Below are positions 8,387 to 17,992 of a DNA stretch of 64,000 bases, piece by piece; the first letter of the stretch is position 1; each line of letters begins with the position of its first letter. The translations under genes and the position numbers were made by a program. The DNA comes from Candidatus Omnitrophota bacterium (lineage in GTDB: Bacteria; Omnitrophota; Omnitrophia; Omnitrophales; JACROU01): NCBI GenBank assembly GCA_029261035.1, contig JAJDCD010000008.1:300480-364479 (forward strand). Direction: 5' to 3'. A model generated the notes under the pieces. That model was not told the DNA's origin and did not search any database. It saw nothing but the letters and a program-made list of their open reading frames with translations.

Positions 8387-10033
8387 TTAGTACTTAAATT
8401 GTAGACGTACAGAACCCACATTTTCTTCAAAATCACTGATACTTCTTTGGAATTCTTGGTCATATTGTCTCCAAGAGACTACAAGCATCACATTGTCCAA
8501 GATGTCATATTCTGCGTTAATTCTCCATGACTGCCTATTCGTATCTGTATCCGCAAAAGAACTATCCACATAATTAATACCATAATTAAAATTAACACGA
8601 AGACGGTCGAAAAATTCAGCTCTCATCCCCCAAACAAAATCACGAAAAGTGCTTCTGTTTGGAATATCATCCAAACGATCATTTCTCATTGTCATATCAA
8701 AATAAGGAGCTAACCAAAACTGATCGAATTTCATGCGATGATCAAAACCAATTCGATATTCATGAACTGTTTGATCCGTAACACCTGCATCATCGGTTCT
8801 TTTTCTAATATCATAACCACCACGAAGATTAATCCCATAAATAAGTTGTTTAGAAACTTCAACCCCAGTCAAATGAGTATCTGTATCTGTTAATGAGTTC
8901 GAAGCTTTTACATGTCTGTAATCATAAAAAGGACGAATAACAAAGTCTGTCATATTAGAAAATGGTGTTATGTCTAAACTAAATCGAGGATTAAATGTAC
9001 GCGTTGATGTGATGATGTCATCATCTAAATTATTACGAAGAGTTCTAAGGTTTGAGTTCAAAGTCCAATACTGATTAAAGATTTGTCTCCAACCAGCATA
9101 AAAAGCTTCTCTGTCACCCACAAACGAACCGGATGAAGCAATAAAATCTGGCTTCACACGATCATAATCAAAGCTGATGTACGATTGCCCCATTCGACTA
9201 TCAAAATTGTAATCTGTTTTTAATGTAAAAGCTGTTCCGTGAAGATCCCCGGCAATCACCTGGTCATCATGATCTCCCGTAATGGATTTAGCCAACTCAA
9301 GTTCAATTCTTAAATCATCAATAGCCCTGATCTTAATATTACCACCAACAAGAAAGTTGTTTAAATCAGCCACACCCAGATCAAACTTTGTACTTCCACC
9401 ACTATCAAAGGTATGAACCACCGTCTGACCTAAAGTAATATCATTAATCACATCTTTAATAAAAGGAGTTTCTGAAATCCAACTTTGAGGCACTTTTTGA
9501 TCTACATGATAACCCCAAACATAACGCGTATTTCTGACCCGTTCCAAACTACGAAATTGACGCCCTGCGATTAAATTCAGATTTGTTCCTGCTCGCTTAT
9601 TCCAGTCCGCTTTAAAATTAAAACCTTCAAAAGAACGATTTAAAGTGAGGTTCGTAAATTGTGTATAAAAATCACCAAAAGTTAATTGGTAATTTTTGTT
9701 ATATAACTTTGAGGTTAACTGTAAAAGATGGACATCTTGACGTGTATCTACTTGTTGATCGTCGGTTTTACGAACACGTATGTCGGTGTCCCATCTCCAA
9801 CCATTCTTCAATTTCTTTCGTGCATTTGCAATGAAGTCATTTGTTAAACTATAACCTTCATCTACAAAAGAAAGATTTTCATTCCCATCAATCTGAGAAA
9901 AACTTCCTGTCTCTATAATACTTCCTGAAATGCTTGTATCTAGGATTTCAATCTTCGCATAAGCAGGATTAAGAGAAAGAGCCAAAATAACCAAAAGTGC
10001 AATAAATGATTTTATTTTAAGTTGTTTTTTCAT
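8387..10033 (-). CDS. Outer-membrane beta-barrel protein
   Basis: Signal peptide (AYA-K); alternating hydrophobic/aromatic strands throughout; C-terminal BAM-type signal VRLQFKY. Confidence 0.8.
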   Translation of the reverse strand: MKKQLKIKSFIALLVILALSLNPAYAKIEILDTSISGSIIETGSFSQIDGNENLSFVDEGYSLTNDFIANARKKLKNGWRWDTDIRVRKTDDQQVDTRQDVHLLQLTSKLYNKNYQLTFGDFYTQFTNLTLNRSFEGFNFKADWNKRAGTNLNLIAGRQFRSLERVRNTRYVWGYHVDQKVPQSWISETPFIKDVINDITLGQTVVHTFDSGGSTKFDLGVADLNNFLVGGNIKIRAIDDLRIELELAKSITGDHDDQVIAGDLHGTAFTLKTDYNFDSRMGQSYISFDYDRVKPDFIASSGSFVGDREAFYAGWRQIFNQYWTLNSNLRTLRNNLDDDIITSTRTFNPRFSLDITPFSNMTDFVIRPFYDYRHVKASNSLTDTDTHLTGVEVSKQLIYGINLRGGYDIRKRTDDAGVTDQTVHEYRIGFDHRMKFDQFWLAPYFDMTMRNDRLDDIPNRSTFRDFVWGMRAEFFDRLRVNFNYGINYVDSSFADTDTNRQSWRINAEYDILDNVMLVVSWRQYDQEFQRSISDFEENVGSVRLQFKY

Positions 10034-10045
10034 AGGCTTATCCTA

Positions 10046-10384
10046 TTAGACTTCAACTTCTTGTTTTATTCTTAATAATTCTCTATTCACCAACTCTGCT
10101 TTACTGCTAAGAGATAAGTTTTCAGAATCTTCCCTGCCATCTAACAATTCAGAATCCGGTATCTTTGTTGGTTCAGGAACTTTCTTGCCCAAAACAACTC
10201 CTATAACTTGTTCCCCTGTGTCCACAAGCTTTTCATCTACAATATTACCGGCACGGTTCAAACTGGCTACGTTTCCTTTACCATTAAAAAAAGCCGCATC
10301 GGTTTGCACGGCAAAAGCTGTGCCTACAGATAAAACAACAATACATACAAATAAAGGTAATACTTTAAATAACTGTTTCATCAT
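10046..10384 (-). CDS. Small secreted hypothetical protein
   Basis: Signal peptide (AFA-V); 1-bp gap to the upstream FecR gene. Confidence 0.7.
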   Translation of the reverse strand: MMKQLFKVLPLFVCIVVLSVGTAFAVQTDAAFFNGKGNVASLNRAGNIVDEKLVDTGEQVIGVVLGKKVPEPTKIPDSELLDGREDSENLSLSSKAELVNRELLRIKQEVEV

Positions 10385-10385
10385 A

Positions 10386-10866
10386 TTAATAAACCTTTAC
10401 TCTAAATGAAGTTCCTCTAGCTCCAACAATTGCCGTAGGTGTTTTTACTTTAAATTGGGAACCAGAACGTGTTTTGGTATCAATAAGAATATTACCGATG
10501 GCTAAATCAAGAAGGGTTGACTCTACACCGCTTTTTTCATCAAGAGACAAATCGCTAATCCTTAACTCACTGTTGTTAGCAACTTTAATCATTGAGTTCT
10601 GCCCCACACTCTCAATAGACAAAATAGCGGTTGCATTTGCCGTTGTGCGAACAGCGTCGTTTTGATTTAAAACAACACCTTTACGGGCAACTTTCCAATC
10701 TGTTTTATTTGCTTGAAGATATTCGACGCGGCCATCTACATTAATCACTGTGGCTTGTCTTTGAACTTGTGCGTAGGAAAATGATGGGACTAAATTAACT
10801 AGTAAAAACGCGAGTGCTAAAAAGGATGAAACTTTAAGTAAAAATCCATTTTTTCTTAATGTCATA
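10386..10866 (-). CDS. FecR-domain periplasmic protein (start probably MTLRKNG)
   Basis: VDGRVEY, DAVRT, and FKVKTPTAIVGARGTSFRV, the FecR-domain signature. Confidence 0.85.
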
Positions 10867-10967
10867 ATTTTTGACTCCATTAAGTTTTGGTCATTATGTC
10901 CTGTAGAAAGAGTTTCGTCCACCAAATTATGAAACTTTAGTAAATAGTTTTGCGATTATAGGACGCT

Positions 10968-12719
10968 CTATTTATTGTCTTCAATACCTTCCTCACCCAC
11001 ACTCCCTTGTGGTTCTTTGGCTGCAAGAACTTTATTTCTACCTGTTTCTTTAGCCACATAAAGGGCATCATCCGCTCTTTTTATAAGTTCTGCTGTTGAA
11101 GCATCTCCTGCAATACAAGCAACACCCGCACTAATCATTACGGTATGAGAAGTATTTCCATCCTTTATTTTATGAAGCTCTGTATTCTTCCTCATACGCT
11201 CAGCAATAATCATCGCTTCGTCTATACCTGTTCCTGGAAGTAAGACAATAAACTCCTCCCCACCATAACGTCCTACGATATCTAACTCTCGAACACTCAA
11301 ACGAAATGTCTTAGCAACCTCTCTAAGAACTAAATCTCCTGTTTGGTGACCATACGTATCGTTAAATCCCTTAAAGTGATCAATGTCTGTCATCACTACA
11401 GAGAATATCTTATCCGGTTTACTTTTTTGTTTTTTAAATTCTGCATCCAAGAATAGCTCGAAATGTCTTCGATTAAACAACCCTGTTAAACCATCCCTTG
11501 TTGCCAACTTCTCCAGACGTTTCTTCTCAACCGCTAAATGAATCTCTGAATAGAGAGTTGCAGAAATAAAATTAAGTAACACAGCTAATACTGGAGAAAG
11601 TATCGCAATCCAAACACCATAAAAAACTAATAGAACAAAACTCCCTAATAGATATAAAACAATCGTAGATAAAACCAGAACAATACTCGTTCCTGTCTTT
11701 TTCCTAAAGATTGCCATACTTGCAAATAACGACAAAACTAAAATAATAACAGCATTCCAAGCCTGACTTACAGGGTATATAAACTTTTGCGTCAAAAGAT
11801 TTTGGATAATATTTGCATGAACCCCCACCCCTGGATAAACTGGCTGCAAAGGAATAATCTTAATATCTGAAAGCCCCAAAGCCGTTAGACCAATAATCGC
11901 AACCTTCCCCTTAAGCTCATTCAAATCAATCATAGGCTCTTCACCCATCTGTTTTTGCTTAAACGCTTGAATAATCTCAAGAAAAGAATAGTGTTTAAAG
12001 GTATTCTTCCAACGCCCAACCCAGTTAATCCAAATACGATAACGGTTATCAATTGGAATAATAATATTGCCCCTTTCTTCCATAGGAACTTCTATCCACT
12101 TCCCTTTCTTAATAATTAAATCCTCAAATAGGACCCCCCATTGATCCAAGCAAGCCTGAAACGAAATAGAAGGATATAATTGACCCCTTTTTTCAATTAT
12201 TAAAGAAAATTGTCTGATAACTCCATCATCCCCAGACTCTATATTGATATGGCCCATTCCTTTAAGCCAATCCCTAAACTGTTTAACGGGTTGATACTGA
12301 GTAGCATAACGAATAACCCCATTTTCTTCAAAAGCCTCAAAAGCATAAGGAAGGTAGACTATCGGGTTTTGTTTTAGAGCGATCTCAAAAAGATTATCTT
12401 CTTCTGGAGGAGAGCTTTCCGTGAATAAAATATCGTAGACAACCTGCTTGACTTCAAGCTGGTTAAGAATAGAAACAATAGCAGCGTGATATTTTCGAGC
12501 CCATGGCCATCGACCAAAAGCCTTAATTCCATCCTCCGCCACTTCAATCAGAACAATTTGGGGATGTGATTGTTGCTCGGGTTTAATTTTTTGGAAGAAA
12601 TCATACGAAAGAAGTTCTAGAGGTCTTAGAAGATGAAACAAAAATAATGAAAGAATCAAAAGACTACCAAGAAACCCAAATACTATTTTTATATCACCAC
12701 TTCGAAATTTCAGTCCCAT
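10968..12719 (-). CDS. CHASE2-domain diguanylate cyclase (GGEEF)
   Basis: GRWPWAR and PGVGVHANII (CHASE2), three TM helices, RDGLTGLFNRR, DIDHFKGFNDTYGH, RELD I-site, RYGGEEF. Start placed at MGLKF because the longer ORF start lies inside a REP-like repeat. Confidence 0.93.
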   Translation of the reverse strand: MGLKFRSGDIKIVFGFLGSLLILSLFLFHLLRPLELLSYDFFQKIKPEQQSHPQIVLIEVAEDGIKAFGRWPWARKYHAAIVSILNQLEVKQVVYDILFTESSPPEEDNLFEIALKQNPIVYLPYAFEAFEENGVIRYATQYQPVKQFRDWLKGMGHINIESGDDGVIRQFSLIIEKRGQLYPSISFQACLDQWGVLFEDLIIKKGKWIEVPMEERGNIIIPIDNRYRIWINWVGRWKNTFKHYSFLEIIQAFKQKQMGEEPMIDLNELKGKVAIIGLTALGLSDIKIIPLQPVYPGVGVHANIIQNLLTQKFIYPVSQAWNAVIILVLSLFASMAIFRKKTGTSIVLVLSTIVLYLLGSFVLLVFYGVWIAILSPVLAVLLNFISATLYSEIHLAVEKKRLEKLATRDGLTGLFNRRHFELFLDAEFKKQKSKPDKIFSVVMTDIDHFKGFNDTYGHQTGDLVLREVAKTFRLSVRELDIVGRYGGEEFIVLLPGTGIDEAMIIAERMRKNTELHKIKDGNTSHTVMISAGVACIAGDASTAELIKRADDALYVAKETGRNKVLAAKEPQGSVGEEGIEDNK

Positions 12720-12733
12720 AAGGTCCTTCACAA

Positions 12734-12806
12734 TGTCACCCTCGAACATTTTATCGAGGATCTAGATATTAAAGAAAACTGGATTCCCACTTTCACGAGA
12801 ATGACA
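12734..12806. repeat. REP-like palindromic pair (TGTCA...GATC / GGATTCC...ATGACA family)
   Basis: TGTCACCCTCGAAC...TCGAGGATCT and CTGGATTCCCACTTTCACGAGAATGACA; relatives at 28516, 34280 and 38643. Confidence 0.65.
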
Positions 12807-12833
12807 AAACTAGAGTTTAGCAACCACAGGTTT

Positions 12834-13331
12834 TTATATTTGAGTTCTTAAAAATTCAGAAAGCTCATTATAATTTTTAACTTCAACCGTTGGAACAATA
12901 TTAAGGTTTTTTGATTTCTCATCATGCCGATCACGCCAATGCAAATAAATACTACTTAATCCAGAATCCACAGCACCTTTAATATCCGTATCAAGCCGAT
13001 CACCTATCATAACGACTTCTTCTGGATTTAAATTAAGAGCATCTAAAGCAATCTTATATAATTTAGGGTCTGGTTTAGCTACTCCCATGTCCAAAGAAGT
13101 AATCACACGATGAAAATATTGAGAAAAATTTAGTTGTTCTAAAAGAGACTGAATATCAGCTTCTCTGGAATGAATGGTATTCGACAGAATGATAATAGGA
13201 CATTTAGTAGAAAATTCAGACAAAAAAGCTTCTACGCCCTCCACGATTTCCAAATCCATATCGGACAGTTTTTTACCTTCTTCTTCTACAACAACAGTAT
13301 CTCCGAAATCCATTAAAATTGCTTTTATCAT
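12834..13331 (-). CDS. HAD-superfamily hydrolase
   Basis: Motif I DFGDT, LSN, KPDP, MIGDRLDTDI. Confidence 0.9.
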   Translation of the reverse strand: MIKAILMDFGDTVVVEEEGKKLSDMDLEIVEGVEAFLSEFSTKCPIIILSNTIHSREADIQSLLEQLNFSQYFHRVITSLDMGVAKPDPKLYKIALDALNLNPEEVVMIGDRLDTDIKGAVDSGLSSIYLHWRDRHDEKSKNLNIVPTVEVKNYNELSEFLRTQI

Positions 13332-13353
13332 TAAGCTTTCTTCCTCAACAAGG

Positions 13354-13462
13354 TGTCATTGCGAAGCTGCTGACATTTGGGCCGTGGCAATCTCTGACAA
13401 TGGGGGCTTCCCAAGATACCTGAGATTGCCACGACTCTTTTATTCTGTGTCTCGCAATGACA
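13354..13462. repeat. REP-like palindromic pair (TGTCATTGCG...GCAATCTC / GAGATTGCC...CGCAATGACA family)
   Basis: Inverted halves seen directly; half copies also at 28390, 28457 and 36572. Confidence 0.75.
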
Positions 13463-13489
13463 TTCAATAGAAATTATTAAATTCAACTC

Positions 13490-15736
13490 TTACGTTCCGT
13501 TTACTTTACTAAAAATAGATTGATAAAACTCCTGAAAACCTTGCTTCCATTTACCTGCTGAAAAATACGTAAATGCTAATTTCTGCCGAGTTTGCTTTGA
13601 ATTTTTTAAAGCTAAAGCCTTTAAAAAATTCCTCTCTGCCTTATCTGCTTTTTTTAGTTTCAAATAAGCATCTCCCAGATTGACATATGCATCTACATTT
13701 TGAGGATCAATGTCAATTGAAACCAAATAACTTTTTTCAGCTAAAAAATATTTTTTTCCTGCCAAATACACATTTGCAAGTTCGTAATGTGCTAAATTAG
13801 CATTGGGATTAGCATGAATTAATTTGACCAGCAAATCCTCTGCCTTTAAATAGTCTTTTTGCAAACGCAACATCTTAGAAAGACCAACCACTGCTGTTTG
13901 ATTATTCTGATCCCAATCGAGTATTTGCTTATAAATCTTTATCGCTCTCTCTGTATCTTCTTGCTCTTTAGCTATTTCAGCAATTTTGAAATACGCTTTT
14001 AATTGTTTCGGTTTCAAACGAATACATCGATCATATGCCAAAACAGCTTCTTCGGTCTTACCTAAATTTCTCAACGTGTTAGCGTATTGATAAAAATTCT
14101 CCGCAGACTTCGGGTTACTTTCTGTTGCTTTCAGAAATGCTTCTTCTGCTTTTTCTAAGAGCCCTTGTTCTAAATAAATAAATCCCATATCATGATATGC
14201 TAAATCAAAATCGCTCTTTTCTTCAACAATCTTCTGATAAGCCAACAACGCTTCTTCGTACTTCTTTTGATTTAAGAGTTCATAAGCCTTTTCATATTCC
14301 GACTGTACTTTAATCAGCTTATTAAGAGATTCAATTCCAGATAAAATTTCAGGCTGTGCAGGTCGTATTCGGTTTGCTTCCTTGTAATGAAACAATGCTC
14401 TTTTGTATTGTTCTAAATCAGAATAAATAATAGCTAAGTTTAAATGAGCTTCAAAAAAACGAGAGTTTAATTTCAAAGCTTTTTGATATGCGTTCACCGC
14501 TCGAATACTTTCTTGCAACAAGGAGTATGTCCGTGCTAAATCAAAATAATAAATAGGTTCATCCGACTTTAACTTAATAGCCTTTTTTAAACTCAATACG
14601 GCTTCGTGATAATTTGTAAGTCGATTCAACATAATACCAACCCTCCAATAAATACGAGAGTTATTAGGCTCCACTGAAATAGCTTTTTCGTAAAGCTGAA
14701 TTGAGTTTTCAAACTGCCCCTGATCACTATAAATAGTTCCTAAGAACAAAAGCGACGGAACATCCTTGGGGTAACTTTGTATAAGAACATTAAAATACTC
14801 AATAGATTCTTCAATACGGCCCGACTTCTGAAGGATCCACCCTTTCAAATGTTTATACTCCATCTGATCTGGATTTAATTGAATAGCCTTTTCAATACTC
14901 TGTTCTGAAAGACTCCATTGATTCTGATTAAAATAATTTAATGAAATTTGATAATGCGCAACATCCACTTCTGGCATTTTATCTATAATACCCTGATATA
15001 CCTTTGTTGATTCATCTATCTCGCCTTTATTCCTCAACTCTAATGCTTTGTCTAATTTAGACTCAATATGAATTAAATCTTTAAGGGAATTCATCACCTC
15101 TACCACCTCAGGGTGGTTTGGTTCTATCTCCAAAGCTTTTTCGTAATATCTCGTTGCATCGTTAAACAAATTAAGCTGTTCTGAAACAATTGCTAAATTC
15201 AAATACGCTTCATAAAAAACTGGATTCAAATCTAATGCTTTCAAATAAAGCTCTTTTGCTTTTTTAAATTGCTTCTGCAAAAAATACGTATACCCCAAAT
15301 CAAAATAATAGAACGCTTCATTTGGATTCTTTTCAATAGCAATCTCAAAGTTTTTAATAGCTAAATCGTATTGACCAATTTTGTTTTGCACGATACCCAC
15401 ATTTCGATAGGACTCTGCTATCGAAGGATCAACCTCAATCGACTTTCCGAAGCTTTGAAGAGCATAATCCAGCTTACCTATTTGCACTTGCAAAACTCCA
15501 TAGTTTAAATAAACATAAGGATTCACTGAACCTTGCTGCACAATTGCCTGGTATAAGGCTTCTGCTTTTTCCAAGTCCTGAGATCGGTGAGCTGCCAGAG
15601 CTTCTTCTAAGTCTTGATCTTGTTCTGTAATGGAATTTTGGTTCACTTCTTCTTGGGCTAAAACGATAGGACTGCTAAACACATACGCTATTACAAAAAG
15701 TAGGACAAAGAAGATTGAAGGATTAATTCGTCTCAT
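13490..15736 (-). CDS. Secreted multi-TPR repeat protein
   Basis: Signal peptide followed by many 34-aa TPR motifs (AYLNLAIV ... YEKALEIEP). Confidence 0.92.
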   Translation of the reverse strand: MRRINPSIFFVLLFVIAYVFSSPIVLAQEEVNQNSITEQDQDLEEALAAHRSQDLEKAEALYQAIVQQGSVNPYVYLNYGVLQVQIGKLDYALQSFGKSIEVDPSIAESYRNVGIVQNKIGQYDLAIKNFEIAIEKNPNEAFYYFDLGYTYFLQKQFKKAKELYLKALDLNPVFYEAYLNLAIVSEQLNLFNDATRYYEKALEIEPNHPEVVEVMNSLKDLIHIESKLDKALELRNKGEIDESTKVYQGIIDKMPEVDVAHYQISLNYFNQNQWSLSEQSIEKAIQLNPDQMEYKHLKGWILQKSGRIEESIEYFNVLIQSYPKDVPSLLFLGTIYSDQGQFENSIQLYEKAISVEPNNSRIYWRVGIMLNRLTNYHEAVLSLKKAIKLKSDEPIYYFDLARTYSLLQESIRAVNAYQKALKLNSRFFEAHLNLAIIYSDLEQYKRALFHYKEANRIRPAQPEILSGIESLNKLIKVQSEYEKAYELLNQKKYEEALLAYQKIVEEKSDFDLAYHDMGFIYLEQGLLEKAEEAFLKATESNPKSAENFYQYANTLRNLGKTEEAVLAYDRCIRLKPKQLKAYFKIAEIAKEQEDTERAIKIYKQILDWDQNNQTAVVGLSKMLRLQKDYLKAEDLLVKLIHANPNANLAHYELANVYLAGKKYFLAEKSYLVSIDIDPQNVDAYVNLGDAYLKLKKADKAERNFLKALALKNSKQTRQKLAFTYFSAGKWKQGFQEFYQSIFSKVNGT

Positions 15737-15774
15737 GAAAAAACTTTTCTTTGTTGGTTAAACAGAAAGGAAAA

Positions 15775-16689
15775 CTAATGTGTATGAGCAACAATTAGGT
15801 TAAAAATACCTGAAGGTTCGGGAAATACATGAAACTTCTTGTACCCATACTTAGACAACATTTTCTTTAACGTTTCTGGAGATCTATAATTTAAATAAAA
15901 ATTCATCGTTTTATTTAAAAAACGTTCAATTCCATGCTTGGGCTCATTCGAGCTAATCAAAATAGAACTCGAACTTTGATTTCTAAATTGGCTGATATGA
16001 CTGAATAATTTATCCACCGCCTCATCAGACATATATTCTACAAGACCGATCATTTTAGTTAAATGTGGAGCAATATCTAACTTGTCTTTAACTTCTGTAG
16101 CTTCTGATTGTATAAACTTAACATTTTCATTCAATCCAAATTCCACACTTTTTTTATTTCCGTAATCAATAGCTTCCTGACTTAAATCAAAAAGACGCGC
16201 TTGAATTCCTTTGATATTATCTTTCTCTTTATATATAGACTCCAAAATGTTATTACCCGAACCCGATCCAATAGCGACCATTTCCATAGTTTGATTTTTA
16301 CCATAAACCTGGATGATGTGCTGTAACGTATTAACTACTAATTGCTGCCTATTCCTCAGCGCTTGTGGCCAAGAATTATATCGATTAATAATCTTATCCA
16401 TCCAATTGCTATACTCAACATTATAATGGGTTAACATTGCTTCCCAACTGCCAGGTCCCTCATAAAGACTTTTTATAATGGAGCTTCGTGTGATAAACCA
16501 AAACGCCTTTAATATGGGACGTACCCCCACATAATTCGTGAAAGGATTGAAAATAAATTTCTTCAAAAATTTATCGATTGGATGCACTTTTTTAAGGTTT
16601 AAACCCCTATGATCAAAGTTAAAATCATCATAGCCAATTACAGACTCAGAAGCCTTAATCGTTGAAATGTTTTCTTGCTCTTCAGACAT
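15775..16689 (-). CDS. Class I SAM-dependent methyltransferase-like protein
   Basis: VAIGSGSG motif I, FDLSQEAI motif II, GLVEYMSD. Confidence 0.75.
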   Translation of the reverse strand: MSEEQENISTIKASESVIGYDDFNFDHRGLNLKKVHPIDKFLKKFIFNPFTNYVGVRPILKAFWFITRSSIIKSLYEGPGSWEAMLTHYNVEYSNWMDKIINRYNSWPQALRNRQQLVVNTLQHIIQVYGKNQTMEMVAIGSGSGNNILESIYKEKDNIKGIQARLFDLSQEAIDYGNKKSVEFGLNENVKFIQSEATEVKDKLDIAPHLTKMIGLVEYMSDEAVDKLFSHISQFRNQSSSSILISSNEPKHGIERFLNKTMNFYLNYRSPETLKKMLSKYGYKKFHVFPEPSGIFNLIVAHTH

Positions 16690-16855
16690 AAAATAGAACC
16701 CTCTCTCTCAATAGAAGACTAAATAGTATTATCGGTTTGAAACCTACTTCTTTTGAGGAATATTGCAATTTCCTAATTATAGCAGTGAAATGCTCGAATA
16801 CAAGGTACGAGTTCACTAAAACCTTTTAGATAAAAGACTTAGAATTAAATTATTT

Positions 16856-17107
16856 TCAACAACCCCTTCTAGACCCGCTAGAAGCCCCTAAACTAAACTG
16901 CCACTTGGGGGACTCTTCTTCTTTTCTTAGCTCAGAAGCATCAATATCAATACGCTCAGGTTCCTCGTTCTGGATCTTTATGAAGATAGGCTTTGGCGAT
17001 GGTTTAGATACAGTAGGCTTATTTACGCTTTTCTGAGGCTCTTGGGCATATAGATAAGGATTATTTAGGGATATCACCATGAATATCAATAACACAAATT
17101 TGCTCAT
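16856..17107 (-). CDS. Small secreted hypothetical protein
   Basis: 83-aa ORF with a signal-peptide-like N-terminus (LYA-Q). Confidence 0.5.
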   Translation of the reverse strand: MSKFVLLIFMVISLNNPYLYAQEPQKSVNKPTVSKPSPKPIFIKIQNEEPERIDIDASELRKEEESPKWQFSLGASSGSRRGC

Positions 17108-17335
17108 AAACTAATAGTAACACACCCAACTAATCCTAACACTACAGATTAATTAACTCATAACTCATTTAAATATATATAGTTACATAATATTTAACCC
17201 TTAGCATCCTACTTCCCTTAAATAAGCTTATTCATCTAAGTTATTTCATAGTATGAGTTTAAAGATAAAAATCTTCAAAACTGGCATTTCCATTAAGAGC
17301 TGTTATATTTCTTTTAAGGTGAAAAAGATAAATCA

Positions 17336-17974
17336 ATGATAAAAAGTATTTTTATTCCCGCAATTGTCTTATATTTAGCGATCCCAAAAATCGAGACTTC
17401 AGCTGTAAGCGTACCTCAAATTTCTCAGCTTCAAAAACAGCTCCTGGATCAAGGTCGTGTCCTAGTTGAAGAAGTAGCCACTCCACATAAAAGTGGACAG
17501 ACTTTTAAGGCTATCACTCTGGTTGATGCCAGCGTTAATGATGTATATAAAATTTTAACTCAATTCAAAAACCACAAAGGTTTTATGCCTAATGTAGGTT
17601 CTTCAGATGTTATTGAAAAAAACAAAAAATCTGCACTCATCAATTACACTCTTAATTTACCTTTAAATCAAACAAAGCGTTACCGCATTCAAACCGAATT
17701 TAAGAAACACAAAGATGAAGCATTGATTCAATGGAAAAAATCGGAATGGCCCGAACTAACAGAGAAAGAAACAATTGCAGATACGGAAGGTTATTGGCTT
17801 ATTAAAAATGATCCTCAATTTCAAAACAAAACGCTTTTAATCTACCAACTTTACGCAGATCCAGGACATGTACCGTCTGGATTTAAATGGATTGTAGATC
17901 GCGTTTCCAAACAATGCATTCCAGATACGGTCGCCGCAACAAGAGATTACATCCACAAAAAGTTTAATCGATAA
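17336..17974 (+). CDS. SRPBCC/START (polyketide cyclase-like) domain protein
   Basis: VDASVNDVYKILTQF ... FMPNV ... EGYW ... ADPGHVPSGFKWIV pattern. Confidence 0.75.
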   Translation: MIKSIFIPAIVLYLAIPKIETSAVSVPQISQLQKQLLDQGRVLVEEVATPHKSGQTFKAITLVDASVNDVYKILTQFKNHKGFMPNVGSSDVIEKNKKSALINYTLNLPLNQTKRYRIQTEFKKHKDEALIQWKKSEWPELTEKETIADTEGYWLIKNDPQFQNKTLLIYQLYADPGHVPSGFKWIVDRVSKQCIPDTVAATRDYIHKKFNR

Positions 17975-17992
17975 GCAAAAGAAAATACAGAT

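Noticed and set aside
13174-13470. 98-aa ORF spanning the HAD gene start and the intergenic region
   Set aside because: Made of HAD antisense sequence plus a REP-like palindrome.
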